DNA of 64,000 nt from NCBI GenBank assembly GCA_964544325.1, contig CAZJAP010000002.1, positions 17,335 through 81,334 on the forward strand, written 5' to 3'. The notes beneath the pieces are model-generated. The model worked only from the letters and a program-made list of their open reading frames with translations. It did not search any database and was not told the DNA's origin. This document shows positions 1 through 10,813 of this stretch, one piece after another (within the stretch, counting starts at the first letter, position 1; each line of letters begins with the position of its first letter). A program made the position numbers and the translations under genes. This DNA is from an uncultured Candidatus Izemoplasmatales bacterium (GTDB lineage Bacteria > Bacillota_I > Bacilli_A > Izemoplasmatales > Hujiaoplasmataceae).

Positions 1-447
1 GTTAAAAATTAATTTCCCAGTACTTTCATATGGAGAAAGTAATTTTTCTAGTTTTTCCTCTAGGCTTTTATTTGTTTTTTTATGTTTATAATAGTATATT
101 CCTTCTTCATTTTTCCTAAAAACTTGATGCTTATATAAAGAATCTTTATACTGTAAGTCCTTAAAATCGGATGACGTGTTTGAAAATAAGCAATACACTT
201 TATTATCATCAACTATGAAATCATAATTTTCTGAAAGTGTAATTTCATGTTCAAACTCGTATGTTAAGTTGATATTTTTTCTAATTTCTTTTTCCGGATG
301 GTAGAGATGAGATAAAATAATATCACGAAAAAGGGAGTTTTCCTCTCCAAGTCCAGAATTCAGATATAAAGATGTAAAGGGATCGTTTAAAGCCGCAAAG
401 CGACGACAACGATTATAGTTAAGTATTGCATTTGCGTTTACTAACAT
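1..447 (-). CDS. hypothetical protein, first 149 codons only (C-terminus lies beyond the window start)
   Basis: Minus-strand frame is open from ATG at 447-445 (MLVNANAILNYNRCRRFAALNDPFTS...) to the window edge. AGGAG RBS lies at about 452-456. It is absent from the ORF track because it has no in-window stop. The LNDPF motif faintly recalls DUF2971-type proteins (weak guess). Confidence 0.5.
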   Translation of the reverse strand, partial: MLVNANAILNYNRCRRFAALNDPFTSLYLNSGLGEENSLFRDIILSHLYHPEKEIRKNINLTYEFEHEITLSENYDFIVDDNKVYCLFSNTSSDFKDLQYKDSLYKHQVFRKNEEGIYYYKHKKTNKSLEEKLEKLLSPYESTGKLIFN

Positions 448-459
448 GTTTACTCCTAA

Positions 460-936
460 TTATAGTGAATTGGCAATAGCTATAAACTCTCTTTGCATAA
501 TATTTTGTGCGTAAATAAAATTAGAATCATGGTTATCTAAAATATTAAAAGCTTCAGGAATAGTTAAATAATTGATTTCTAATTTTAAATCTTGTTCTTC
601 AGAAGTGAAAACAGGCAAAGCTTTTTCTTCTTCCTTAATACTACATAAAAAATAATGAGTTTCCCAAGTTGACTCAGGAAAATATTCTTTGATAATTAAT
701 GTTTTTTTGATTATTTGGCTTTCAAAGCCAGTTTCTTCTAAAACTTCTCTAACAACTGCCTGTTCAGGTGTCTCGCCTTTTTCAATTCCACCTCCAGGCA
801 ACATATAATAATCTAAAGTTTTTGTATGTAGAAACAATAGAGAGTCTTCACGAAGAATAATCGCTCTAGCAGAGCGATGAATATTTTTACTTATGTCTTC
901 TTTTGTTAAGTTATCTGCGAATATTTCGATAATCAT
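460..936 (-). CDS. NUDIX hydrolase
   Basis: 158 aa; Nudix box GGGIEKGETPEQAVVREVLEETG. Confidence 0.85.
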   Translation of the reverse strand: MIIEIFADNLTKEDISKNIHRSARAIILREDSLLFLHTKTLDYYMLPGGGIEKGETPEQAVVREVLEETGFESQIIKKTLIIKEYFPESTWETHYFLCSIKEEEKALPVFTSEEQDLKLEINYLTIPEAFNILDNHDSNFIYAQNIMQREFIAIANSL

Positions 937-1570
937 TCATATCTCCTAAAATATACTTTACTGGTTTGTGGAAAAAATCAACAAAAATCCCTATAAAAAC
1001 TAAGGCTATAAAAGTGTTTGGCCCGATAAAGAAATAAGATTCTTCATGAGAAAACAATAAACCGACAATAATTGTGCTTACTAAAGCAATAGCTTCTCCA
1101 ATTAATTTACCTTTACCAAAACTAATTTTAAATTTTCTAGCAATCGCCAAGCAAAATTGATCTAATGCCGGTAGAGGATAATCACACATAATAATCATAT
1201 TTAAACCAATAGATACAAAAACTAAGGCTAGAAAAACATAACTGATATTGTAAATTAAAGATAACTGAGTTACATCAGGTACAACTAGTAATAAAAGGTC
1301 TATTACCAAACCGATATAAAAACTTATAACAATAGGGAAAAATAATAATAAATCTGGTTTTTTCTTTTCAATTATGTAAGCTATAGAAATTAATAATATT
1401 GCCATAATTGGTGTTAAATATCTATAATCTAAAGGAATTCCTTCATAAAAATTACGATTAAGAGCATCCCATGATCCCATACCCAAATTACTTTTTTGAA
1501 ATAAAGAAACGCTAAAACCTAATATTGATAAACCTAAAATGTATATAAGTGGTTTTTTTATTCTTTTCAT
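911..1570 (-). CDS. YczE-like integral membrane protein
   Basis: 219 aa, multiple hydrophobic segments. N-terminal LGFSVSLFQKSNLGMGSWDALN resembles the YczE/COG2364 family. Confidence 0.55.
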   Translation of the reverse strand: MKRIKKPLIYILGLSILGFSVSLFQKSNLGMGSWDALNRNFYEGIPLDYRYLTPIMAILLISIAYIIEKKKPDLLLFFPIVISFYIGLVIDLLLLVVPDVTQLSLIYNISYVFLALVFVSIGLNMIIMCDYPLPALDQFCLAIARKFKISFGKGKLIGEAIALVSTIIVGLLFSHEESYFFIGPNTFIALVFIGIFVDFFHKPVKYILGDMNDYRNIRR

Positions 1571-1601
1571 ATATCCTCTTCTTTATAAAGCTGAGCAAGT
1601 T

Positions 1602-1627
1602 GAAAAAGCTATCGATAAAGATAGCTT
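1602..1627 (-). terminator. rho-independent terminator after lon
   Basis: Hairpin aagctatc(1606-1613)/gatagctt(1620-1627) overlaps the lon stop, followed by a T-run on the minus strand. Confidence 0.55.
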
Positions 1628-3947
1628 AATCTAGCAAGGCAATTTTTGTAACATCATCAATTGTTTTGGCAAAATGGATTTTCAAGACATCTTGAACTTC
1701 TTTTGGAATATCTTCAACATCTTTTTCATTACCTTCAGGAATAACTATTTCTTTTAAACCTGTTCTGGCGGCAGCAATTGATTTTTCCTTTAATCCGCCA
1801 ATTGGTAAAACTCTACCATTTAAAGTGATTTCTCCAGTCATTCCAATATAACGGTTAACTTTTCTATTTGTCATAATAGAAATTAAAGCTGTAGCGATAG
1901 TTACACCAGCTGATGGCCCGTCTTTAGGTATTGCACCTTCTGGAACATGAATATGAAAATCATTTTTTTCTAGAAGTTCTGGTTTTATTTTTAATTTATT
2001 AGCATTACTCTTAACATATGATAAAGCGGTCATGGCTGATTCCTTCATCACATCACCTAAATTACCTGTTAAGACAAGATTATTTTTACCTTCATAATAT
2101 GTAGCTTCAACCTCTAAAGTGTCACCGCCGGCCATTGTGTACGCTAGACCGGTAACTACACCTATCATATCTTGTTTAGATACTTGATTATTTTTATACA
2201 AAGGTTTCCCTAGATATTTATTGAGGTTATCTTGCTTAATTGTAATGTTATCCAAATTCTTTGTAAGTATTTGTTTGATGGCTTTTCTAACTATAGAACC
2301 AATCAAACGTTCTAATTGTCTTACGCCAGCTTCTCTAGTGTAATCTCTAATAATTGTTTTAATAGCAGCATCTGTTATAGACAATTTTTTCATTTGTAAT
2401 CCGTGACTTTTAATCTGTTTTTCAATTAAAAATTGTTTAGCGATATAGAATTTTTCTATTTCAGTATATGAACTAAGTTCAATAACTTCCATTCTATCTC
2501 TTAGTGGTGCCGGTATATTTTGTAGATAATTGGCAGTTGTAATGAAAATAACTTGTGATAAATCATAATCCTCTTCAACATAATGATCGCTGAAAAATTG
2601 ATTTTGTTCAGGATCTAATACTTCTAACAAGGCTGATGAAGGGTCAGATCTATCAGTCATAGCCAACTTATCAATTTCATCAATTAAAAAGACCGGATTA
2701 ACTACTTTAGCTTTAATCATTCCGTTGATTATTCTACCTGGTAAAGCACCTACATAAGTACGGCGATGGCCTCTGATTTCAGCTTCATCATGAACTCCAC
2801 CTAAACTAGTTTTAACAAATTCTCTGTTTAAAGCATTAGCAATTGATTTTGCCAATGAAGTTTTTCCAACTCCTGGAGGCCCAGCTAAGCAAAGTATTGT
2901 TTGAGGATTCTTACCAGTTAACATCTTAACAGATAGATATTCAATTATTCTTTCTTTAACTTTTTCTAAGCCAAAATGAGCGCTTTCTAACTTATCTATC
3001 GCAACATTTATATCTTCTTCATCTTTTGTGGTTTTTGCCCACGGAATAGATATTAATGTTTCTAAATAAGTTCTTACAACATTTGATTCGCTTGAATTTG
3101 GTGAAAGATATTCATATCTTTTTAGTTCTTTTAAAGCTTTATCCTTAACCTTAGGCGGCATATCTGATTCTTCAATTTGTTCTAAAAACTTTTGCGCGTC
3201 GCTTTGTTTAGAGTCACCTAATTCTTCTTGAATCGCTCGCATTTTTTCGCGGAGATAATACTCTTTTTGATTTTGGTCAGTTGATTTTCTAACACTTTCA
3301 TTGATTTTGTTTTCGATTGATTGTAAAGTTTTTTCTTTTTCAATATCTTCAAGCAAATATTTCAAACGATTGTTAATTGACATTTCTTTAAGATATTTGA
3401 TTCGTTCATTTTCCGGAATTCTTAATTCGGAAGCAATTAAATCAGCCAATTGTTCAGATGTAATTCCCTTGTTTAAAGACTCGATTACTTTTTTAGAATC
3501 TCTAAAAATAAATTTTGCGTTTTCAACAATCTCTTTGGTAACCATCTTTAATAAGACTTGTTCTTCATTCAAATCATCTTGAATGAGTAAAAGAGATGTA
3601 AAATCAATAAGATAAAACGGCTCTTTAGCTACTAAATCATTTAATTTTACTCTTGTTAATGGTTCAAATTTTATTTTATAATTACCATTTGGTAATTTGA
3701 TTTTAACACTGATTCTTGCTAGTATTCCTACTTCAATAAAATCAGAGAATTCGGGTTCTTCAATCATTGGATTTTCTTGAAAAACTAATAGAACATGTCC
3801 ATCACGATTATTTTCAGCTTCTTGAATTGCATTTTTACTGAAATCACGACCGATTTCAACTCTGATATCCGATGCAGGTAAGAATACAACGCCTCTTACT
3901 GCAATTACCGGTAAATGATCGGAAAATATTTTTTTCGGATTATACAT
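1626..3947 (-). CDS. lon: ATP-dependent Lon protease
   Basis: Walker A GPPGVGKTS, catalytic-Ser motif KDGPSAGV, LON N-domain. Start moved to ATG at 3947 (MYNPKK...), preceded by AGAGGTG RBS; the track's GTG at 3962 lies inside that RBS. Confidence 0.95.
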   Translation of the reverse strand: MYNPKKIFSDHLPVIAVRGVVFLPASDIRVEIGRDFSKNAIQEAENNRDGHVLLVFQENPMIEEPEFSDFIEVGILARISVKIKLPNGNYKIKFEPLTRVKLNDLVAKEPFYLIDFTSLLLIQDDLNEEQVLLKMVTKEIVENAKFIFRDSKKVIESLNKGITSEQLADLIASELRIPENERIKYLKEMSINNRLKYLLEDIEKEKTLQSIENKINESVRKSTDQNQKEYYLREKMRAIQEELGDSKQSDAQKFLEQIEESDMPPKVKDKALKELKRYEYLSPNSSESNVVRTYLETLISIPWAKTTKDEEDINVAIDKLESAHFGLEKVKERIIEYLSVKMLTGKNPQTILCLAGPPGVGKTSLAKSIANALNREFVKTSLGGVHDEAEIRGHRRTYVGALPGRIINGMIKAKVVNPVFLIDEIDKLAMTDRSDPSSALLEVLDPEQNQFFSDHYVEEDYDLSQVIFITTANYLQNIPAPLRDRMEVIELSSYTEIEKFYIAKQFLIEKQIKSHGLQMKKLSITDAAIKTIIRDYTREAGVRQLERLIGSIVRKAIKQILTKNLDNITIKQDNLNKYLGKPLYKNNQVSKQDMIGVVTGLAYTMAGGDTLEVEATYYEGKNNLVLTGNLGDVMKESAMTALSYVKSNANKLKIKPELLEKNDFHIHVPEGAIPKDGPSAGVTIATALISIMTNRKVNRYIGMTGEITLNGRVLPIGGLKEKSIAAARTGLKEIVIPEGNEKDVEDIPKEVQDVLKIHFAKTIDDVTKIALLD

Positions 3948-4085
3948 ATGTTCACCTCTCACATTATTTATTATACAACATATATTTTACCATAATAAAG
4001 AAAAAACTCCTAATATTTTACTATGCTTTTTTTGCGTGAAAATTAAGGAGTTTTTATGATTAAATTATATTATAAATTCGACTAA

Positions 4086-5378
4086 TTATTCTTTATTAGC
4101 TGTAGAAACAATCAAATCCAAAGCTTTTGAATAAGCTATTTCAGCAATGATTGCTGATTCAGGAATAGCTTGTTTAGCTTGTTCCAAAGTAACGTTTTGT
4201 GATTTGTATTGTTCAACAATTTCGTCATATTTAGCTTTTATTTCTTCTTCAGTAGCTGTTAGGTTTTCGCTTTTAGCGATTTCATTGATAACTAATTGCT
4301 CTGATAAAGTCTTTTTAGCTTGTTCTTCTAGTTCTTTTTGATAATCTTCTTCAGTTTTACCCATATATTGTAAATACATATTGAAATCTAAACCATATTG
4401 TTTGATTTGATTTTTTGTATTTTCATTCATATTATGAGCTTCATCTTTTACCATTTCTTCAGGAAGTTCAAATTCAGCGTTTTCAGTTGCTTTTTGAATT
4501 ACTGATTGACGTAAATATTGTTCGTTTTGTTTTTCTTTAGCTGATTTAAGTTCTTCATAGACATGTTTTTTATAGTCTTCTAAAGTTTCGACACCATCTA
4601 AATTTAATTCTTTAACAAATTCTTCATCTAATGCAGGAACAACTCTTTGTTTGATTTCATGAACTTTAACTTGGAATACTGCTTCTTTACCTGCTAAAGT
4701 TTTTTCTTGGTATTCTTCAGGGAAAGTTACGACTACATCTTTTTCTTCTTCTGAAGCCATTCCGATCATTTGATCTTCAAAACCAGGAATGAAGTTACCT
4801 GAACCGATTACTAATTCATAATTTTCAGCAGTTCCACCTTCAAATTTCTCACCATTAACTGAACCAGAGAAATCAAAAACTGCAGTATCTCCTTTTTCAA
4901 TAACGCCACTTTCTTTAACTACCATTTCGGCGTTTTGATCTAATTTGCTATTTATTTCTGTTTCCACTTCAGAGTCGCTTGGTTCAACAGGTAATAAATC
5001 TACTTTAAGATTTTTGTATTCACCAAGTTTAATTTCTGGTCTTACTGCAACTGTTACAGTATAAGAGAAATCTTCTCCTCTTTTGATTTTTGCGACGTCT
5101 AAATCAATTTTAGGTTGAGCTACAACATCAATTTCATTTTCCATAACTGCGTTATAATATGTTTCTTGCAAAACATGTTGAATAGCTTCTTCATATAAAG
5201 ATTCAACACCGTATTTTGCTTCGTAAACATTTCTAGGCGCTTTGCCTTTTCTAAAACCTTTTATTGTTACTTTTTCATTTTCAACAGCAAAAGCATGGTC
5301 TAAACCATGTTCAAATTGCTCTTTAGTTACTTGTACCTCAAAATGTACTCGTGAACCACTTAATTTGTCTATTATCAT
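4086..5378 (-). CDS. tig: trigger factor
   Basis: 430 aa; typical Tig N-terminus (VTKEQFEHGLDHAF, GFRKGKAPRNVYE) and central FKBP-like region. Adjacent to lon, as in many Firmicutes. Confidence 0.92.
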   Translation of the reverse strand: MIIDKLSGSRVHFEVQVTKEQFEHGLDHAFAVENEKVTIKGFRKGKAPRNVYEAKYGVESLYEEAIQHVLQETYYNAVMENEIDVVAQPKIDLDVAKIKRGEDFSYTVTVAVRPEIKLGEYKNLKVDLLPVEPSDSEVETEINSKLDQNAEMVVKESGVIEKGDTAVFDFSGSVNGEKFEGGTAENYELVIGSGNFIPGFEDQMIGMASEEEKDVVVTFPEEYQEKTLAGKEAVFQVKVHEIKQRVVPALDEEFVKELNLDGVETLEDYKKHVYEELKSAKEKQNEQYLRQSVIQKATENAEFELPEEMVKDEAHNMNENTKNQIKQYGLDFNMYLQYMGKTEEDYQKELEEQAKKTLSEQLVINEIAKSENLTATEEEIKAKYDEIVEQYKSQNVTLEQAKQAIPESAIIAEIAYSKALDLIVSTANKE

Positions 5379-5456
5379 TTAAATTCCTCCAAATCTTTTC
5401 ACTTTTACAATTATAACAAATAAGCATTGATAAATCAAACTTTTTACCTTTAAAAT

Positions 5457-6365
5457 TTAGCGATCAAAAAGCCCTTTAAATCTTGAAGGAATTTTTTTGA
5501 TAGACTCTGTCAAAACTCTAGGCAATAATACGACAGCTTCTCCAAAAGCAAGTTTTCTAATTTGGTTCTTTTTCAATCCTTTTATATTCATAAAAAGATA
5601 ATTCCTAGCAATGATACCAACTCTTAATGATAATAGTGCGTTCCCTATACCTTGAGCAAATGATCCTGTAATTGTTTTAAGAAAAGGAATTTCCGCAAGT
5701 GCGTTAGCCCCTGTAGAAGGGAAGAGTTCAGAAAAGTTCATATCTTCTAGTGTTTCAGCTATTATCGCTGTTGATAAAACGTTGACTGATAATTTTCCTA
5801 AAGAATAATAACTAGGTCTAAATCCACATTTTAAAACTAAGTTCTTGATAAGCTTTAAATTTATAGAAATTACAGCTATAGCATCTAATTTCCCGTTTTG
5901 AGAAATTGCGGTTGAAACAAACACAGTTTCTGCATGATGGATAATCATTTTATTTAGCTCTTTTTTTATTGTGTCATCAAAAATTTTTGATAGAGTCTTT
6001 TTCAATAACATCGCATCATTGATGTTATCTTTTATCAAGGTTTTCTCTTCTTCTTTAATGTACTCTTCTTTTAATAAATTATTAGCAACTTTTTTATACA
6101 TTGAATAATTTTTTCTAGCATTTTCTTCTTCACTAAAAAGTTCATCTAAAGAAAAGCTGGGAGAAAAGATAATTAAGATGATTGGTCTTAAAAATAATAT
6201 TGTGAAAAGAATAATAGATATACCATAAAAAACATACTCAAGATAAACATTTATTCGGTTTAATCTTTCACCCAATTCTAAGACAGAACTAACGATGATT
6301 AATATCATGAAAAATACTGCAGCAATACCAAGTGCAATCCAAAAACCTTTACTTATTTTTTTCAT
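5457..6365 (-). CDS. YcjF/DUF697-like membrane protein
   Basis: 302 aa from ATG 6365 (MKKISKGFW), GAAGGTGA RBS upstream. Two N-terminal TM segments, then a domain resembling the DUF697 family (low-level resemblance only). Confidence 0.5.
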   Translation of the reverse strand: MKKISKGFWIALGIAAVFFMILIIVSSVLELGERLNRINVYLEYVFYGISIILFTILFLRPIILIIFSPSFSLDELFSEEENARKNYSMYKKVANNLLKEEYIKEEEKTLIKDNINDAMLLKKTLSKIFDDTIKKELNKMIIHHAETVFVSTAISQNGKLDAIAVISINLKLIKNLVLKCGFRPSYYSLGKLSVNVLSTAIIAETLEDMNFSELFPSTGANALAEIPFLKTITGSFAQGIGNALLSLRVGIIARNYLFMNIKGLKKNQIRKLAFGEAVVLLPRVLTESIKKIPSRFKGLFDR

Positions 6366-7284
6366 ACGATTCACCTTCTTCTTTAATCATATTTAAGACT
6401 AATTCTCTATCTTTATCAATTTGATTGATCAAATCATCTTTGTTCTTAAAGTAAAGTTCATCACGTAAAAATTTAATAAATTTTATATGTATTACTTCAC
6501 CATAAATTTGTTCTTGAAAACCAAAAATATATGATTCTAAAGTAATTTTTTTATCAGTAAAAGTAGGTTTTTTCCCTACGTTAGTCATACTATAATATTC
6601 TTTGTTATTATAGATTACTTTGGTGAAATAAACACCTAATTTAGGCAATAAATAGTTGGTAAAATCAATGTTAGCTGTTGGGTATCCCAATAGTTTTCCG
6701 ATACCATTTCCGTGAATCACTTTACCACTAATCGAATATTCTCGACCTAACAAAAAATTCGCTTGAGCTATTTCACCGTTATTTAAAGATTCTCTAATCC
6801 AAGTAGAGCCAACTTTTAGCCCGTGATAGGTGATTTCTTTGATTACTACCGTCTCAAAATAAGGACATTGTTTTAAGGTGTCCACCTTTCCTTTACTGCG
6901 ATAGCCAAAAGTAAAATCTTCACCAGCAACACATATCTTTATATTTTTTAAAAATTGTTCAATAAAGCCCTCAGGAGTATAACTAATTAAATCGTAAGAC
7001 ACTTTCATAACATACAAGATATCCACATCAAACCTTTTTAAGATTTCGGCTTTGTCTTCTACAGAAGTTAAAAAATAAAACGGTTTATCTTGCATAAAAA
7101 GTCTAATACTCTTATCAAAGGTCAATACTGCTAATTTATATCCCTTTTCTTTTTTAAGAATTTGTCCCTTTTTTATCAATGCTTGATGAGCTTTATGTAA
7201 ACCATCAAAAAAGCCTAAACATAGGATTAGGTTATCTTCTTCAATTTTATCGTTATAATCTAGATATTTTACTTTTAACACCAT
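6349..7284 (-). CDS. ribF: bifunctional riboflavin kinase / FAD synthetase
   Basis: 311 aa; N-terminal FMN adenylyltransferase (LGFFDGLHKAHQ) and C-terminal riboflavin kinase (GYPTANI). Follows truB, as in the conserved truB-ribF pair. Confidence 0.9.
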   Translation of the reverse strand: MVLKVKYLDYNDKIEEDNLILCLGFFDGLHKAHQALIKKGQILKKEKGYKLAVLTFDKSIRLFMQDKPFYFLTSVEDKAEILKRFDVDILYVMKVSYDLISYTPEGFIEQFLKNIKICVAGEDFTFGYRSKGKVDTLKQCPYFETVVIKEITYHGLKVGSTWIRESLNNGEIAQANFLLGREYSISGKVIHGNGIGKLLGYPTANIDFTNYLLPKLGVYFTKVIYNNKEYYSMTNVGKKPTFTDKKITLESYIFGFQEQIYGEVIHIKFIKFLRDELYFKNKDDLINQIDKDRELVLNMIKEEGESYEKNK

Positions 7285-8147
7285 TTCACCGACATTCTCA
7301 TTGTATTTTTTGTTTCATCATAAAAATATATAGCTAAGGGTTCTTTGTCTTTAGTATAGATTATTGTATCAGTTTTTTCTTCAAATAAATCAACATCAAG
7401 AAAACGACCGTGATTTATATATGATTTTATTGTTTCATCAACATAAATTCTAGGTAAATCTAAATAATCAAAAGGATCTTTTAGCTCAACATTTCCTGTT
7501 TTAAGTTCTTCAATAGTTACGCAACTATCTAAATTGAAGTTATTTACTTCTAATCTTCTCAATTCTTTTAAAGCACCAAAATTATGTAATTTTTCGCCCA
7601 AATCTCTAGCAAAAGACCTAATATAAGTCCCTTTTGAAACTTTCATAGTTGCTTTTACTTCAACAATAGAATCTAAGTATTTGACTTCTATATTATCAAT
7701 ACTAAATACTTCTACTTCACGAGCGCCAATTTTTGGCATTTCCATATCTCTTCTAGCAAGTTCATACATTTTTCGTCCTTGAATCTTAATCGCTGAAAAA
7801 GCTGGAGGTATTTGTTCTTGTTTGCCTAAAAATGAATTTAAAGCATTTTCTATATCTTCTTCTTTAACCTTAGAGGCATCAGCTGAATTTAATAATTTAC
7901 CTGTTACATCATCAGTATCGTATGAAGCGCCAATCAAAAAAGTACAAAGATATGTTTTGGTATCATTTTCAAAATATTTAACTAATTTTGTCGCTTTGCC
8001 TATTGCTAGTACCAAAACACCGGTTGCATTAGGGTCTAATGTCCCTGTATGACCGATTCTTTTTGTTCCTAATGATTTTCTAGCAATATTAACGACATCA
8101 TGTGATGTCATTTCCTTTGGTTTATCTACAACTAATACTCCAACCAC
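7275..8147 (-). CDS. truB: tRNA pseudouridine-55 synthase
   Basis: GHTGTLDP catalytic Asp motif; GTG start with AAGGAG RBS. Confidence 0.92.
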   Translation of the reverse strand: MVGVLVVDKPKEMTSHDVVNIARKSLGTKRIGHTGTLDPNATGVLVLAIGKATKLVKYFENDTKTYLCTFLIGASYDTDDVTGKLLNSADASKVKEEDIENALNSFLGKQEQIPPAFSAIKIQGRKMYELARRDMEMPKIGAREVEVFSIDNIEVKYLDSIVEVKATMKVSKGTYIRSFARDLGEKLHNFGALKELRRLEVNNFNLDSCVTIEELKTGNVELKDPFDYLDLPRIYVDETIKSYINHGRFLDVDLFEEKTDTIIYTKDKEPLAIYFYDETKNTMRMSVKWC

Positions 8148-8160
8148 GAGTGCACACTCC

Positions 8161-8412
8161 TTATTTGATGAATTCCAATATATCCTCTTCTAGAATAGTG
8201 CCGGATATTCTTTTAATTTCTTGCTCATCGTCCATCAAAATCAAGGTTGGAACCCCATCGACTTTATTAAGCCTTGCTTTTGATCTTTCTATATCAATAT
8301 CAGAAAATACTAATTTTATATCGGTTAATGAATTTTCTAAATCTTTAAACCTTCTTTTCAAAGCTCGACATTTTCCACAATATCTTGCCGTAAAAAATAC
8401 AATTTTTCTCAT
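8161..8412 (-). CDS. small thioredoxin/glutaredoxin-like protein
   Basis: 83 aa with CGKC redox motif and GVPTL cis-Pro loop. Confidence 0.7.
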   Translation of the reverse strand: MRKIVFFTARYCGKCRALKRRFKDLENSLTDIKLVFSDIDIERSKARLNKVDGVPTLILMDDEQEIKRISGTILEEDILEFIK

Positions 8413-8420
8413 TTTTTACC

Positions 8421-10745
8421 TCATTTAAATTGAATTACAGTAACGCCTAAACCGCCTTCTCCTTCATTACCACGTCGATAACTCTTGATGTGCGGATTTT
8501 TTTTAGCATAACTTTCAACGCCTTTTTTTAAGGCCCCAGTTCCTATGCCATGAATAATATATGCAAACTCAAGGTTATTTAATAAACAATCATCGACAAA
8601 CTTATCTAATTCTAACATTGCTTCTTCATATCTTTTACCATGAAGGTCTAGTTCCACTTTAACGCTTCTTACAGGATTATCTGTTTGAACAGGTTTTAAA
8701 TCAAACTCATCGATCTTATTTCGAGAAACAAACTCGATTTCGTCTTTTTTTACCGTTAGTGTCAAAGCGCCCATAATTATTTCATATTGATCATTTTTTA
8801 ATTCTTTGTTTACTATTCCATTTCTTTGATAAGAAAGCACCTTAACTGTGTCACCTGTTTTAATGTTTTTATCACTAACTTTTTTATATTTTACTTTATG
8901 ATAAAAAGTTTCTTTCACATCTTTTTTAAGTTTAGCTAATTCGTGTTCTTTAAAGAAAGCCGTTTTTTTCATATTATCTAATTCTTCAATAAGTTCTTCT
9001 GCTCGTTTTAAATATTGATTTTGTTTCTCGTTTTGACTTATTTCAAATTCTTTTAAGATTTTATTTTGTCTGATTTTCTCATTTTTTTGTAATTCTTGAT
9101 AATTATTTTTCTCTTTTTCTAAATTTAACATTTTTTCTTTATAGAGAATTATATCTTGATCAAGTTCTAAACTTTGCTTTTCTAATTTTGCGATTAATTT
9201 TGAAACATCGGTATCAAATGATAAAGAAACATTTTCAGCACTCTTACAAATTTCATCATTCAAACCTAGTCTCCGAGCAATCATAATCGCGTTAGAAGTT
9301 CCCGGAACTCCAATTTTTAACCGATAAGTTGGTTTTAAGGTCTCTATATCAAACTCAACTGAAGCGTTGATAGTATTATCCAAATCATAAGCATATGTTT
9401 TTAATTCCGGATAATGGGTGGTAATCATTGAATACAGTTTTTTCTTTCTCAAAAATTCAATAATCGAAATCGCTAAAGAAGCCCCTTCTTTAGGGTCAGT
9501 TCCAGAACCAAGTTCATCAAGCAAAACTAATGAATTATCATCTGCGAATTTAATTATTCTGATAATATTAGAAATATGTGAAGAAAAGGTTGATAATGAT
9601 TGTTCAATTGACTGTTCATCACCGATATCAGCAAAAATATTATTAAAACATATGGTTTGGCTATTTTCACCTACAGGAATTAACATCCCTGATTGAACCA
9701 TAATGCTTAGTAGACCTAAAGTCTTTAAAGCAACGGTCTTACCGCCGGTATTTGGACCTGTAATAATTATATGATGATAATCATGGAAACTAATATTGTT
9801 GCCAACAACAACATCTCTTGGAATCAAAGGATGCTTGGCATTAATAAGATTTATTTTATCCTTAACAATATCCGGACGATTAAAATCATTATTTAATGCA
9901 TATTTAGCTTTTGCAAAAACTATATCAAGATATGTAAAAATATTTAAATTAGAAGTCAACTCATCTGTATATTCAGCTACCTTATAAGTTAAATTACGTA
10001 AAATATTATCTATTTCAGCTGCTTCTTCGACAAAATATCTGGATAAATCATTATTCATTTCTACACATGCAATTGGTTCAATGAATACAGTTTCTCCACT
10101 AGCAGATTGATCATGAACAATTCCTTTTAATGAATTTTTAAATTCACTTTTTACTGGCAAAACAAGACGATTATTTCTTATTGTAATTAAATTATCAGAT
10201 AATTTAGTTTGTTCAGATTTAACTAAACTTTGCATTTTAGAATCTATACGTTCTTCAGTTACTCTTATTTTCTTTCTTACTTCAGCTAATTTTGGTGTTG
10301 CGTTATCGTAAATTTCGCCTTTTTTATCAATTACTCTATCTATCTCTTGCTTAAGTGGAGCTATACTCTCAAGACGTTCATAATAATTGCTTAAATACGA
10401 AAAATCAAGATTTAGACTAATTACTTTTTTAACAAAAGCTATTGTTCTTGATAAAGCTTCTTGATGAGAAACGATTCTAATCAACTCATCAATATTTAAA
10501 ACTGAACCAATCTCTGCTTTTTTAATAATTTCTCTAATATCTAAAACTCCTGTGAGGGGAGTTTCGTCATATCTTTGAATAATAATTTTAGCCTGTTCAA
10601 CTTCAAAAAGTAATCTTTTAATTTCATCCGCATTGGATAGAGGAACTATTTCCAAAACTTGACTTTTCCCCATATCTGTATGCGCGAAATTTTGTAAGAT
10701 TTTTAAAATTTTATCAAATTCTAGTTTTTTAATCTCTGCGTACAT
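8421..10745 (-). CDS. mutS2: endonuclease MutS2
   Basis: 774 aa; Walker A GPNTGGKT, C-terminal Smr domain (LDLHGKRYEEA). Confidence 0.92.
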   Translation of the reverse strand: MYAEIKKLEFDKILKILQNFAHTDMGKSQVLEIVPLSNADEIKRLLFEVEQAKIIIQRYDETPLTGVLDIREIIKKAEIGSVLNIDELIRIVSHQEALSRTIAFVKKVISLNLDFSYLSNYYERLESIAPLKQEIDRVIDKKGEIYDNATPKLAEVRKKIRVTEERIDSKMQSLVKSEQTKLSDNLITIRNNRLVLPVKSEFKNSLKGIVHDQSASGETVFIEPIACVEMNNDLSRYFVEEAAEIDNILRNLTYKVAEYTDELTSNLNIFTYLDIVFAKAKYALNNDFNRPDIVKDKINLINAKHPLIPRDVVVGNNISFHDYHHIIITGPNTGGKTVALKTLGLLSIMVQSGMLIPVGENSQTICFNNIFADIGDEQSIEQSLSTFSSHISNIIRIIKFADDNSLVLLDELGSGTDPKEGASLAISIIEFLRKKKLYSMITTHYPELKTYAYDLDNTINASVEFDIETLKPTYRLKIGVPGTSNAIMIARRLGLNDEICKSAENVSLSFDTDVSKLIAKLEKQSLELDQDIILYKEKMLNLEKEKNNYQELQKNEKIRQNKILKEFEISQNEKQNQYLKRAEELIEELDNMKKTAFFKEHELAKLKKDVKETFYHKVKYKKVSDKNIKTGDTVKVLSYQRNGIVNKELKNDQYEIIMGALTLTVKKDEIEFVSRNKIDEFDLKPVQTDNPVRSVKVELDLHGKRYEEAMLELDKFVDDCLLNNLEFAYIIHGIGTGALKKGVESYAKKNPHIKSYRRGNEGEGGLGVTVIQFK

Positions 10746-10813
10746 ATTCTCTAATCTCCACTGCTTCTATTTTATCACAATTTATGGTAAAATAGAAACA
10801 GGAGTTTTAGACT

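Noticed and set aside
3963-4085. Hairpin AAAAACTCCT...AGGAGTTTTT between tig and lon as the tig terminator.
   Set aside because: The stem is short with a bulge, and the loop is about 30 nt, so it is not a convincing intrinsic terminator. It is left unannotated.
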